The notes under the pieces are model-generated. The model did not search any database. It was not told where the DNA came from and saw only the letters and a list, made by a program, of their open reading frames with translations. A program made the position numbers and the translations under genes. A DNA stretch of 64,000 nt from Balanoglossus misakiensis (lineage: Eukaryota; Animalia; Hemichordata), in assembly GCA_040954595.2 (NCBI GenBank), contig CM082595.2, positions 7,670,317-7,734,316 of the forward strand, read 5' to 3'. Shown piece by piece: positions 42,101-53,207 of the stretch; position 1 is the first letter of the stretch, and each line of letters starts with the position of its first letter.

Positions 42101-42352
42101 AGTATAACTTTTCAAGTCCAGTATATTTTTCTTTGATTAGGCATTTTTAATTCCCCAATTTGGCGGGTATTCAATTAAGTATATTTCTTCAAGTCCAATA
42201 TAGTTTTCTTTCATTAGACACTTTTTATTCCCCAATTTGGGGGGTATTGAATTAAGTATATCTCTTCAAGTCCAGTATAGTTTTCTTTGATTTGACACTT
42301 TTAATTCCCCAATTTGGGGGGTATTCAATTAAATATATCTTTTCAAGTCCAG
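18160..42352. repeat. AT-rich satellite array: ~100-bp monomer, ~24 kb, roughly 240 copies
   Basis: Monomer AATTAAGTATAATTTTTCAAGCCCAGTATAGTTTTCTTAGATTAGGCACTTTTATTTCCCCAATTTGGGGGGTATTCAATTAAGTATATTTC(A)n, with variable A- and G-tract lengths. Confidence 0.99.
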
Positions 42353-43096
42353 AAATTAGACACTTTTCAAACAATTTTTGTGTACAGTGTTTAACAGTTT
42401 TTGTGAATTTACTGATTTAGTATATTTTTTGAATGGTGTTGTTGAGATTTATTCTCATACATGTTCTGTAAAATTTGACTATATTTTTTAGTAATTTTGG
42501 TCTGTCTATGAACCATACATCATGAGTATTGTTATTTTTAACGTATGCAAGTCCAGTATTGAATACATTTGCCAATAATAACAATGTTCTCTAACAAAAG
42601 TTACAGGAAGTGGCGCTTTATTTGTAGATTTTACCTTATTACTTTTTTTATTGAACACTTATGAATTTACTGAGAACATTTTATTAACTGAGAGACAAAC
42701 TATTAATTTTTGTCACTTTTACCTATATTATAAAAAAGTTTGCTTGATATTGTAAAATTTTCAATATATTTTTTACTCTTTCTACTATTTTGATGATAGA
42801 TTAGCATGTTAATTTGAAAGTTAGATTTTCAGGGAGCATTAATTTAAAATAGTTGTTTGTAAACTTAACTTTTCACCTACGCTTTCCCAGACCATTTTTT
42901 CCCTCATGAATTAAACGGGTTTTTGCTGGGTTTTAGTGCGGGGTGAATTTTCAGTTTGTACAGTTCTGACTCTATTAATAAAAGGTCATAGAAATATGTC
43001 AACATCTATCTTTTACCTTCTGTGTGTTATACATATTTACACACACATCTCTGGTGAAATAAAGTTCATTGACAATTAGATTTATTGCAGTCCGTT

Positions 43097-43652
43097 TTAT
43101 TAGGTCCCATTTGGTTTATATGTTTATATATATACACACCATGTGACCCTATGGGATCGGTTGCGTATGTATGGATGTTCACATAAAAAAACTTGAAAAC
43201 CGCTGCGCATTTAACCTCGATATTTGGTGTGCAGATGCAGGCTGGGCTGTAGATGGGAGTTTGTTCCAATGAAGTTGTCATTCCCAAAATATGTAAATTA
43301 GCCGGGAAAGTGTGAATTTGGTCAAAACTCAGTGACTCAAAAACTACTGGTCAGAATGCTTTGCAAAGTGGTGATTTATATACACAGCAAATTCCTGCAT
43401 GATTAAATAACTGGCTAAGTAATAAAGAGACCAGCTGTTCTATGTAGTGTATGTACTGTACATATGCCATTGGTAGCTTATGGGTCAGTCACTGTTTGCC
43501 CGTTGATCTCTCTCTCCATGTGTGTCTGTCTGTCTGTCTTTCTGTCTGTCTGTCTATGGCCATTTACTCTGGTGTAGACTTTTTGTTGTGTAATCCCTCA
43601 ATGGGACCACTGTGTCCTTGATGCGCTTTTTGCAATATATTGCAGTCTGTTC
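43097..43652 (+). mobile_element. HINE-like non-autonomous element, family 2, copy 1
   Basis: GGTCCCAT subterminal repeat, 3' ATGGGACC, and a TGCAATATATTGCA hairpin. Colinear with 47302-47900. Confidence 0.6.
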
Positions 43653-44229
43653 CTTGTCAATGTGTCTAATGGAAGTTGTGGGTCCTTCTATGGGGTTGGT
43701 CCATGATGTTGTTAGCTTGGTCCCATGTGAGACCAGCTGCAAGGTCATTATGTCAGGGTTGTGATTAGTAATGGCTTCGGTCAGTATATAAGGTCTTCAA
43801 CACCAAGAAATCGTTATTATTGTCATTGTCGAGAAACTGCAGGGTGATAATTGCTGTCAAGGTGAAGATTTATTGCCCCTATTGTGTGAGGTCATCACCA
43901 GACTTCCTAATACCACACTGGTGAGCATCTGCCATATTTGCAATCGCACACATTTTCTGCTATTGTCAGATCAATAATATATGAAACGCAAACAAAAGTT
44001 CAAAACCTCAGCTTCCAGAATATATATGGTTTATGGGGGTTTTAACGTTGTCTTTGATGAGAATAGGCCTCTGAAAAAGTCTCGACGGTTTCATGCAATG
44101 CCACCTTAATGCCATTTTCAGTCCAAAATAAATTAATTGATTAAAGCTACAGGCAGCATTATGGGTCCCTAAGTGGTGTATGCTACGGATATGCAGAATA
44201 GCCACTTTTATGTTTATTTCAATGCCATA

Positions 44230-45080
44230 TGGGTCTATGGCCAACAAAAACTAAAGTTATTGTCAGATAAATTTGTCGGGAATTAAGTATGCATATGATT
44301 AATGAGTTAAAGTGTATGTTCCATCACTCCAAGTGCAAAGGCTGTATCTGCTTGTTGAGATAAGGAAAAGTGGATCAAAGGAGTTAGATAGATCCATGAT
44401 TAATATGTTAGAGTGTAAGACTCCATTAGGCATTCCATCACACCAAAGGCCAAGGCTGCATCTGCTCTGGATACTGAGATATGGAAAAGGAGGTCAAACG
44501 TTACCCTTTGTCACCCAAAATTTGGACAAACAGTTTTGGCCACATTCTGGTCCATGTCCAACAGGAACCAGACATCTAGCCCTACTGTATTTGTTCGCCT
44601 GGATTTCCGTATGCACATTATTAGAGTTAAGCAGGTGTCGCAGGTGACCCCAAAATTTGGCTTTCATTTTGTCCCATCACTCCAAATGCCAAGGCTGCAT
44701 CTGCTCTGGATATTGGCATATGGAAGATAGGTCAAAGGTCACCCCAAATTTTGTCAAAAATTGTCATTCAATACTGGTCCATGTTGATAAAAAGAACAAT
44801 TCAAATCCTATTCCTTTGTCTGGAATTATGTATGCACACAATGAGTAGTGTAAGACTGTATGTATAAGTGTTCTATCCCTCCAAATGCTTCGGATCGGAT
44901 ACCAAGAGATTGGAAATTAGGTCAAAGGTCACCTGAGGTCACCAAAAGTTTTCTTTAGATATGTTGATCCCAAACTTATCCATGACCATTAAAAACCGAA
45001 TTATAAGCCCATTGGTTAGCCTGTAATTAGCTATGTACATAATTAATGAAGTAAACATGGTGAATGGGTTCCTGAAATTT
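44230..45080. repeat. Diverged copies of the ~238-bp repeat family seen at 12640-13830
   Basis: Shared motifs GCAGGTGTC.CAGGTGACCC, AGGTCAAAGGTCACC, GGTCCATGTCCAAC and CTAGCCCTA. Confidence 0.7.
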
Positions 45081-46048
45081 GGCGGCCATAACGAAACATC
45101 CAAATCTGCAACTCTAACCCTCATAACCTCGAAACCAGATATGCACATATATGGTCAACTTAGTTCAGGGGGTTCCTGATTTAATACAATTTTAATACCA
45201 TACTCTCAAGCTTTTCTGGAAAGCCTAGAATTAGATATGTACATAATTAAAGGTTTTGCTCCCCTCCAGTCCAATGTACGTACGCCCATAAATGGCTGAA
45301 ATGGCGTATTTGAGCGTTCTAAAGAACATATGGTGTCGCTCTTTTCTTGCGTGTGTCACCAACTGCAAATCTGTGATTTGCCATGGTAACTGTAGATAAT
45401 TTTCTATAGTTGAACGTATACCTTTAATGATGGTCAAAGGTCACGAGATAACTTGTACATTTGTGTTATCATGCCACTAAATATGTAGTTTGTAGGTCCT
45501 GTGTAACAATTCGCATTCATGTACTTTAAGTTCAAAGGTCATGGTAGTTGAATGACATGTTTGCAAAATGATTATGTCCATCATGCCACATAGCCACATT
45601 AATGTGGGTCAGGGGTAACTTGTAAATTTGTGCGCTTCATCCTACCAAATATAAAGCCTGTGGGTGTTATGTAGTATTTGTGTAATATTAAGGTCAAAGG
45701 TTATTGGGGTCACATGACATGTTGGCAAAATGATTTTGTCCCACAATGCTACCTGTCCTCTAAAAATTTGTAGCATGGAATCATTTCTGCATAATAAGTG
45801 AGGGTCAAAGGTCAAGGGGTACCCTGAAAATATGTGTGTTCATGTTGCTCCCTCACAAAACATTACCACCAGAGCCTACTCCACCAATTCTATTGGTTGC
45901 TATGTAAATCAGACATGCAAGTATCCAATGAGAATCAAAGGTCAGGGGGTAACTCCAGAATTTGGCTTTTTATATTGGTCCAATGCTGATCACTGGCCAA
46001 TTGATACCAGACTGGAATGCCTGAATAACTCTCTGGTTCCCTAGATAT

Positions 46049-46273
46049 AATTTTAATAATAATATTTATTTCTTAAAAGTGCACTACACTACGTCTTTGT
46101 GCTATTCACACATCAGTGAAAACATGTGAATTTGATTCTCTCTTTCACTGGCAACCAATGAATTTTAATAATAATATTTATTTCTTAAAAGTGCACTACA
46201 CTACGTCTTTGTGCTATTCACACATCAGTGAAAACATGTGAATTTGATTCTCTCTTTCACTGGCAACCAATGA
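46049..46273. repeat. Recent ~112-bp direct tandem duplication
   Basis: AATTTTAATAATAATATTTATTTC...GGCAACCAATG occurs twice head-to-tail and appears identical. Confidence 0.9.
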
Positions 46274-46537
46274 AGTTGGAATAAAACGGGTATTTCTAAG
46301 GGACTGGTCCATTTTCTTCAGCCCTTGGGGGGGGGGGGCGCTGGATTCTTGTTTGTGGATGTCAAAAAGTGACTGGCGACCCCCTCATTGAAAATTGTAA
46401 AGTGGGTGACCCCCCCCCCCCCCATGTCAACTTTCAAAAACTGAGTGACCCCCCTCAGCGATTTGTTTGTTTGTTTGTGTGTGTACGTTGTTACTTGGCA
46501 GGTGTCTGGGTTTTCCGGGGTTGAGAATATCTTAGGA

Positions 46538-46637
46538 TAGCTGTGGTACGCAGCTGTACCGTTGGGTGGGGGGCTGATTACTCCCACGGACAATCAGCCC
46601 CCCCCCCCCCCAACGGTACAGCTGCGTACCACAGCTA
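46538..46637. repeat. ~100-bp near-perfect inverted repeat (hairpin or mini-MITE)
   Basis: TAGCTGTGGTACGCAGCTGTACCGTTGGG..GGGGCTGATT pairs with AATCAGCCCC..CCAACGGTACAGCTGCGTACCACAGCTA. Confidence 0.85.
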
Positions 46638-46913
46638 ATCTCAGGATTGAATTGTCAGACTACCCCTACCTGGCCGTGGTGTGTTCAAATTGGTCTGTCG
46701 ATCGTTTAAATTCAAGATACTCTATTAAAGCCATCAGGGTTTCTTTCTGCCTAATATCTTTCTATTGTAGTTGTCTATTTTCCGGTCCCCCCGAAATCCC
46801 AACATTTTCGTGTTATTGAGCCGCACTGAATTGAATAAGGCCTCTGGGTGTTGGCGATGCCCTTTTCTCTCAGCAAATTTTCCTCCTTTGTTGTTAATGC
46901 CTCTGCTGCCTTT

Positions 46914-47197
46914 GGCCAAATAAAAAAAGGTGCTGTTCCGATTACCTGACCTACCCTAATTTTAGCCCACCGACCCTAAATCATTTAGAGCTTCCTAAAC
47001 CTAAACCGGAGGTAAAAAAAACAATGTTAAATATACAAAATTTATGAAAATTGCGAGACTCACGCAAGAACTATGACGTCATTCTTCTACACTATGGTGG
47101 CCAACGATATAAAAAAATGCAAAATAAAAAAAATTCCCTACCTTACCTACCCTATTTTTGAAAACCATGTAATCGGAACATCACATATTTTTTGGCC
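46914..47197. mobile_element. MITE with ~30-bp TIRs, possibly PIF/Harbinger-like
   Basis: GGCCAAATAAAAAAAGGTGCTGTTCCGATTAC at the left and GTAATCGGAACATCACATATTTTTTGGCC followed by TAA at the right. Confidence 0.65.
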
Positions 47198-47301
47198 TAA
47201 GGCCTCTGGATTTTCGCGACAAACGATGCCCCTTTCTCTCAGAAATTCTCCCTTCTCCTTTGTTAATGCATCTGCTGTGTTAGGTGTATTACCTTTGCCC
47301 A

Positions 47302-47900
47302 GTTTTTGGGTCCCATTGGTATGTACCATGGGACCTTGTGGGATCGGTTGCGTCTGTATGGTATGTATGGATGGATGTATGTCTGTATGTCCGTCCACAT
47401 CAAAAACTTGAAACCGCTGCATGTATCACCTTGATATTTGGTTCTGATGCAGGCTGGGCTGTAGATGGGAGTTTGTTCAAATGAAGTTATCATTGCCAAA
47501 AATATGCAAATTAGCTGGAAAAATGTGAATTTGGGCAAAACTCAGTTACTCAAGAACTACTGGTCAGATTGCTTTGCAAAGTGGTGTGTATTTACTTTAT
47601 TGAGTTGTTTTAATTAGGCAGGAAGCACCCATTATGTGATTCATATAAACACAGCAAATTCCTGAATGATTACATAACTGGCTAAGTTTTAAAAAGCTGT
47701 TCTTTTTAGTGTATGTACAGTACATATGCCATTGGCAGCTTATGGGTCAGTCACTGTTTGCCCATTGATCTCTCGCTATATGTGTGTGTGTGTCTGTCTG
47801 TCTGTATATGGCCATGTACTCCAGTGTAGACTTTTTCTTGTGTAATCACTCAATGGGACCACCGTGTCCTTGATGCGATTTTTATATGCATGCGCTCGTT
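47302..47900 (+). mobile_element. HINE-like non-autonomous element, family 2, copy 2
   Basis: GGTCCCAT...ATGGGACC stem, then a (GTAT/GGAT) microsatellite and a 3' ATGGGACC near 47853. Homologous to 43097-43652. Confidence 0.65.
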
Positions 47901-48271
47901 TGGCTGCAAGGCCTCTTCGGCTACGTTTGAAAATATCGTCGCGTATTATTGATGGCTCATAGTTGTTTTCCCGGAGGTAGCGGTCTAACTTATATTGACA
48001 CGCTGATACCCGGTCAATGTGTTCGGCTAATATTCTTGCCCATGCATCACTTTGTCTAGCGCCAAGAAAATATCCCGATACACATACGCATTCGACATTG
48101 TCTGGGTCTATTTCGAGGAGCTGTCGTTTATCTTCTGGTCGCTTTGTCTTTTAACCACATTATGAGCTATTTTACGGCGGTATTGTATCGTCGCCAAAAA
48201 CGACCTCTTTACGGCAACAGTCTGAGTTGCCGGGAGGTAGACTCTGACTCGCAAGAATATAGACATAATGA

Positions 48272-48620
48272 AAGGCTCGAGGAAAGCCAAAATTCATGGG
48301 CTCAGTAGCCTCGCCCATGAATCTTTGGCTTTCTCCTCGCCCACGCCCATAAACAAACGTGAATGATCAGGGCGGAGTCGGTTATTTCCATTATATTACC
48401 AACAAACTCAAGAAAACTGTCAAAATTTACGAAAATGTCCCACGCAAAAGACTAGGGGCCCCGGAACTTGTGTTACGCAAAATGTTGTATTCAATGAACT
48501 GTTTGCTAATATTACTATTCTGATTTACGGGCATGTAACCAGACCATTACTGAGTATTGTGGTAAGTGACGTCATTCATCTCGACGAATTATAATGCGAC
48601 GCACAGGCCATGGTAATATA
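48272..48620. mobile_element. Possible palindromic non-autonomous element remnant
   Basis: Hairpin GAAAGCCAAAATTCATGGGC...GCCCATGAATCTTTGGCTTTC, and an inverted pair TTATATTACC / GGTAATATAA (~48391 and ~48612). Confidence 0.35.
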
Positions 48621-49027
48621 ATTCAAATTCACAATTTGTATTGTTCTTATACATAACAGTTCTAACAGTTGTACCGGTATTTACATTACAGTACATTTGG
48701 AATAACCTGTAGTGAGTTACATACGTACAGAGTACAAGAACTTTTACGGTCAGTTGACGGATGCGATTAAACTATACTTTCAATTTGGACATTTTGTCCA
48801 GATGAAATGTCTGTGATGAGAACAACTGCCAAATCACATGAAAGAAAAGGCAGTGGTTTTAAGTAAACATATCTGCAATGAATTAACGGAATTTATGTAA
48901 ACTGGGATATGTAATTGTTTTCGAGTTTGTTTTTTTCATCACTTGCTTAATTACGTTTAAAGTAACAAACTTCATTAAACCGCGGTTTCTACACTGAGAA
49001 CGACTACACTACTTCTTGCTGTACATT

Positions 49028-51241
49028 TTATTGCGCGAAGACTTTCACGCAATTATCTCCATGGTCACTAACAATGACTGTGTCGTCATCAGTGACACAG
49101 ATACCGAATGGCTTGACCAGCCCGTCATTCACATCATCGACAAGACAAACAAACTGACCCCGAGATTCGTATTTCATGATTCTACTGCTGTTGAAATCTG
49201 CGACATATACATAGCCGTGTTTGTCCACAGATACTCCTTGGGGCCAGCTCAGCTGACCATCCCCACTTCCGTAGGATCCGATGGTATACAGGAATTGACC
49301 ATCCCCATTGAACACTTGGATTCGATTATTGCCGCTATCTGACACATAAACATTGCCAGTATCATCCACACAGATAAACGTGGGATAACACAACTGACCA
49401 CCCCAACTCCAACAATCGCCAAATGATTTGATGTGACGGCCATCTTGGTCGTAAATGTGAATACAGTGACCGTTGAAATCCACAACGTAAACCCTTCCAT
49501 TCACTGGACTAATAGCGATACCCATGACACATTTAAATACTCCCTTTCCAAAACACTTGATTAATTCCCCATTCTCATCACAGACAATTATCTGATTATT
49601 TCCACCATCAGTAATAAAGACATTACCGTCCGCTGACACAGCTGCATCACGGGGACAGAAATTATTGACACTTGTAAACTTGAACACCTTCCGATGTTTT
49701 CCATCTACAGTGAAAGATTGCAATCTGTGGTTATTTCTATCACAAACCAACGCATCTCCATTCCTCATCACTGTTATCCCCTCAATACCACTGAACTGAC
49801 CAATCCCAGAACCTGACCCCCCAAACTTACACACCAACCCTTTCTTAGGGGTAACTTTAATTCTAACTGGTGATCCCTTGACTGGTTTCTTACGTACTGA
49901 CACTGACAGTTCGTGATCTCCGACAACCTTTACGGATGTTTTCAAAGTGATCGTTTCGTCCCCGTTGTCGCTCACTTCCACGTCTTCTGTGCTGTTATCA
50001 GGTGTCTTCAAGACAGCGTCCACTTTGACGCGTCTCCGTACATCCCCGCTCCGAGCGGCGGCACCATCTTCACTCACCACAGTCACCCTGATTTCATCGC
50101 CAACCTCCATCGTTTGTGGCACGTCAGCTAGCTTGTAAGCTGTGTGCTGGAATTTCATTGTCCCCAAACTCTTTACTCCACAGAAGTCGTCGCGTGGTTG
50201 GAACTCCATGTAGTCGTCTGCCAGAGGCTCTACTCGTGTCTCCATTTTCAACAATTCTGTCGTCTGCTCATCAACCCCCTTCTTTGCGGACATTTGTTGC
50301 GAAGCGTTCCCATAATGCACCAGCTTCTCGATGTATTCACGAGAACTTGCAAGATCATCCTCGGCGATGTCCAGTTCTTTCAGTTGTGCGGTCAAGTTGA
50401 TTTTCCTCTTTTCGTATTCACCTTTCAACTCTGTCAGGAGTTTGTCACCATTTTCTTGTATCAGACGCGTCACTTCTTCGATGGTTTGACGGATGTGTCG
50501 CTTTACTTTCTCCTCTTCTCCGCGGAAACATTTCTCCAGGTTTTCTAACATTTGCTGCACTGAGACTTTGCTGTCGTTTGCTTCGATTTCTTTCACTTTC
50601 ATTTTGTCGATGGCGGTGTGTAAAAATTCTGTGAAGCCCTTCGCTGCGTCTTTGACACATCTGTATTGGTGATCTGGTTTTGAATGTTCCAATGCAGTGC
50701 ATTTGAGACAGATCGCCTTGTTGCACGTATCACAGTGGAATTCTTTTTGAAATTCTGGATGTGTGCTGCAGTACACAGGTGGTTGAACGGAGGCGGGGTT
50801 AACGCACTTTGCTGTGCGGTGTTCACCCAGAGTCACCAGATGATGGGATTTTGTTGACCGAATTTTAGAATGAGCTGTCGCACAATTATAACAGATATCA
50901 AAATCACACTCCACGCAATGCTTTGTGGGCTCACCTTGTTCACAGATGTCGCATTTCGCCGTTTCGGTGGCAGTCTCTCCTTTCGTGAATTGTTCGACCA
51001 AGTTATTTAATAATTCGTTGGCCTCAATTCCTTCGACGCCATTATCGTGGAGCTCGTGCGAACGACGACACACTGGACATGTTATGACGCCAGTTTTCTC
51101 TGCCAGCTTCCCCAGACACGGCTCACAGAAGCTGTGTAGACACGATAGAATCTTAGCATTCTTGTATCGCTCCGAGCAGATAGTACAGGACAGAAAATTC
51201 TCTTCAATTTCCGCCTGAAACTTTGGCTCCCCGGTCGCCAT
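49028..51241 (-). CDS. TRIM-NHL family E3 ubiquitin ligase (TRIM2/TRIM3/TRIM71-like), 737 aa, single coding exon
   Basis: RING (CTIC...CLHSFCEPC...CPVC), B-box1 (CDIC..CVEC..CYNCATAH), B-box2 (CSTH..CDTC..CLKC..H), coiled coil, filamin-like repeat (DNGD...VGDHELSV...VKGSPVRIKV) and about 6 NHL repeats (e.g. VYVSDSGNNRIQVF, GQLSWPQGVSVD). Strong GCCATGG start context. Confidence 0.96.
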   Translation of the reverse strand: MATGEPKFQAEIEENFLSCTICSERYKNAKILSCLHSFCEPCLGKLAEKTGVITCPVCRRSHELHDNGVEGIEANELLNNLVEQFTKGETATETAKCDICEQGEPTKHCVECDFDICYNCATAHSKIRSTKSHHLVTLGEHRTAKCVNPASVQPPVYCSTHPEFQKEFHCDTCNKAICLKCTALEHSKPDHQYRCVKDAAKGFTEFLHTAIDKMKVKEIEANDSKVSVQQMLENLEKCFRGEEEKVKRHIRQTIEEVTRLIQENGDKLLTELKGEYEKRKINLTAQLKELDIAEDDLASSREYIEKLVHYGNASQQMSAKKGVDEQTTELLKMETRVEPLADDYMEFQPRDDFCGVKSLGTMKFQHTAYKLADVPQTMEVGDEIRVTVVSEDGAAARSGDVRRRVKVDAVLKTPDNSTEDVEVSDNGDETITLKTSVKVVGDHELSVSVRKKPVKGSPVRIKVTPKKGLVCKFGGSGSGIGQFSGIEGITVMRNGDALVCDRNNHRLQSFTVDGKHRKVFKFTSVNNFCPRDAAVSADGNVFITDGGNNQIIVCDENGELIKCFGKGVFKCVMGIAISPVNGRVYVVDFNGHCIHIYDQDGRHIKSFGDCWSWGGQLCYPTFICVDDTGNVYVSDSGNNRIQVFNGDGQFLYTIGSYGSGDGQLSWPQGVSVDKHGYVYVADFNSSRIMKYESRGQFVCLVDDVNDGLVKPFGICVTDDDTVIVSDHGDNCVKVFAQ

Positions 51242-52904
51242 GTTTAGTCTTGTCTACCCCGTTGTGGTATGTATTCTCTCACGTGACACTTTTGCAGGCC
51301 AAATTCTATGAAGCGAGGCACAATGCTCCACTTATACAAAAGGCAAAGTAGGTCGTAATTCATATGCGACCAGAGTTCATATGGGTACGCGATCGTTCCT
51401 TTAGGTCAAAGGTCAATTCATACATTCTAACAGTGTACAAGGACCTACTATGTATTGGCACAGTTAAATGACCTCGCCTTTTCCACTTCTGATAAAATGA
51501 TCCCGGACATTATATTATTGTATTACATTTCTAAAAAATAAAAAACATCAAAATACACGTGTATATGAGTATTCATACCATTTATACGTTTGCCCCTTCA
51601 TGTCAATGATAAAATATTATTTTGAAAGTTAAACTTATATTTTTATAAACAATATCTTTTCCCAAAAGGAAACTTATGTTTTGGTGAATGCAACTATAAT
51701 TTTGTCGCACACAATTTCAATTTCGATGGAGTAAACTTTTTAATTTTGACAGTAAAACTTTAATTTTACTTTACACAACTCTTATCTTATTTTAGAGAAC
51801 AACATTTTAATTTCCGAAAGCCAATTATTTTTCCGAGACTAAAATTTAAAGATTTTTTTTTCCAAAATAAACTTCTAACACTTGAGATAAAATCATCTAT
51901 ACTACATAGAATTATTTTATTTTCGGAAATAAATATTTATTTTTCAAGAATTTTTATAAGGAACACATTACTTTTCGCGGATGAAAATTTTATTTTAAAG
52001 ATGTAAATATATTTTAATCTTATTTCTAGTTACACAACTTATGAGGGCGCTCTTTCTATTGCCAATGACAAACTTTTTTTATGGAGGCGCAATTCAGGTT
52101 TCGGCGTGCGAATTTCTTTTACACGCATGACAAAAAATATTTTCAGAAAGCAAACATACTTTTTCTTCGCGACGGAAATGAAGCTATCCCACAATTCCTG
52201 TACATGAGGACGTTACAGGAGTACATAAATCCAACAAACAGATGAGATGGCTATCTATCCACAGTGCAATGTTTACAGATTGTATCTACTACGGCCCGGG
52301 CAGACAAATAATCCGTGGCACATTTCGACCAACCAATAAACCGATTTGCAACTTCCAAAAAAGAAAATTGAAAAAATGCTCAATGTTAATTTTCAAATTG
52401 TTTCTTCATCTTGATTATTAAATTTTAGGCCTATTTTCTAATTACAAATTATTCGTCTGAGATTGACAAATGGGAAATTGGTATATACTGCTGTGAGGAT
52501 GGCACTTTGCGGCCATTCACATTTCCCTCCGACGAACGTCATTTCCTACAATGCACTATTTCCGTTTTCCCAATTTTCAATTTACCAAAAATCTCTTTAT
52601 TCTAATGAAAAGGGGGGGGGGGGAGTTGATAGTATCAATCTTTTGCCTAGGAATGCATGAAATTGTGAAACTTGTTTTCGCGGGAAACTTCTTACCATGC
52701 ACGAAACCATTATTTTTTAGAGAGAGCCGAGAAGATCGGAGGGTAAGCATGTGTATTTGAATAATGTAGTATGAATAGCATAGAGACCTAGCCCCTACCT
52801 TAACCTTACCATAATTCTAACCTAAACCTAACCGTTACCCTACCCCATCGTCCGTATTTTTGTCACTTTTTTCAATTTTACAATATACGTTTCCATCAGC
52901 ACTA

Positions 52905-53195
52905 AAGCTTCACCCGTGGGAATCCCAACTCGAACTGTACTCACCATGCATTGACAGCTAAACCCATTAATCATGTAAAAGTAAAGGTTTCGTCTTGTAA
53001 GTGATATCATGAATCCGCTAAAGATTTCCGTTTAATGTCGCAAACTTGTACGCTGTGGAAAAAAGTGACAGCCGTCTGCCCAATCAGAGCGGGTTATCCC
53101 TAATTTTTTTACATGATTAATTGGTTTAAGCTGTCGATGTTTGTAATCATGGTGCGTCTTTACAGTTCAAGTTGGGATTCCCACGGGTGAAGCTT
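52905..53195. mobile_element. MITE-like element with ~75-90-bp imperfect TIRs
   Basis: AAGCTTCACCCGTGGGAATCCCAACT...TTAATCATGTAAAA is mirrored by TTTTACATGATTAA...AGTTGGGATTCCCACGGGTGAAGCTT. Confidence 0.75.
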
Positions 53196-53207
53196 CAAAG
53201 CAGATGA

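Noticed and set aside
49016-51218. Overlapping and antisense ORFs within the TRIM-NHL gene
   Set aside because: Shadow ORFs of a real CDS.
52790-52848. Telomere-like (CCTAAC/CCTTAC) tract
   Set aside because: Short and degenerate; such tracts are common in transposon remnants.
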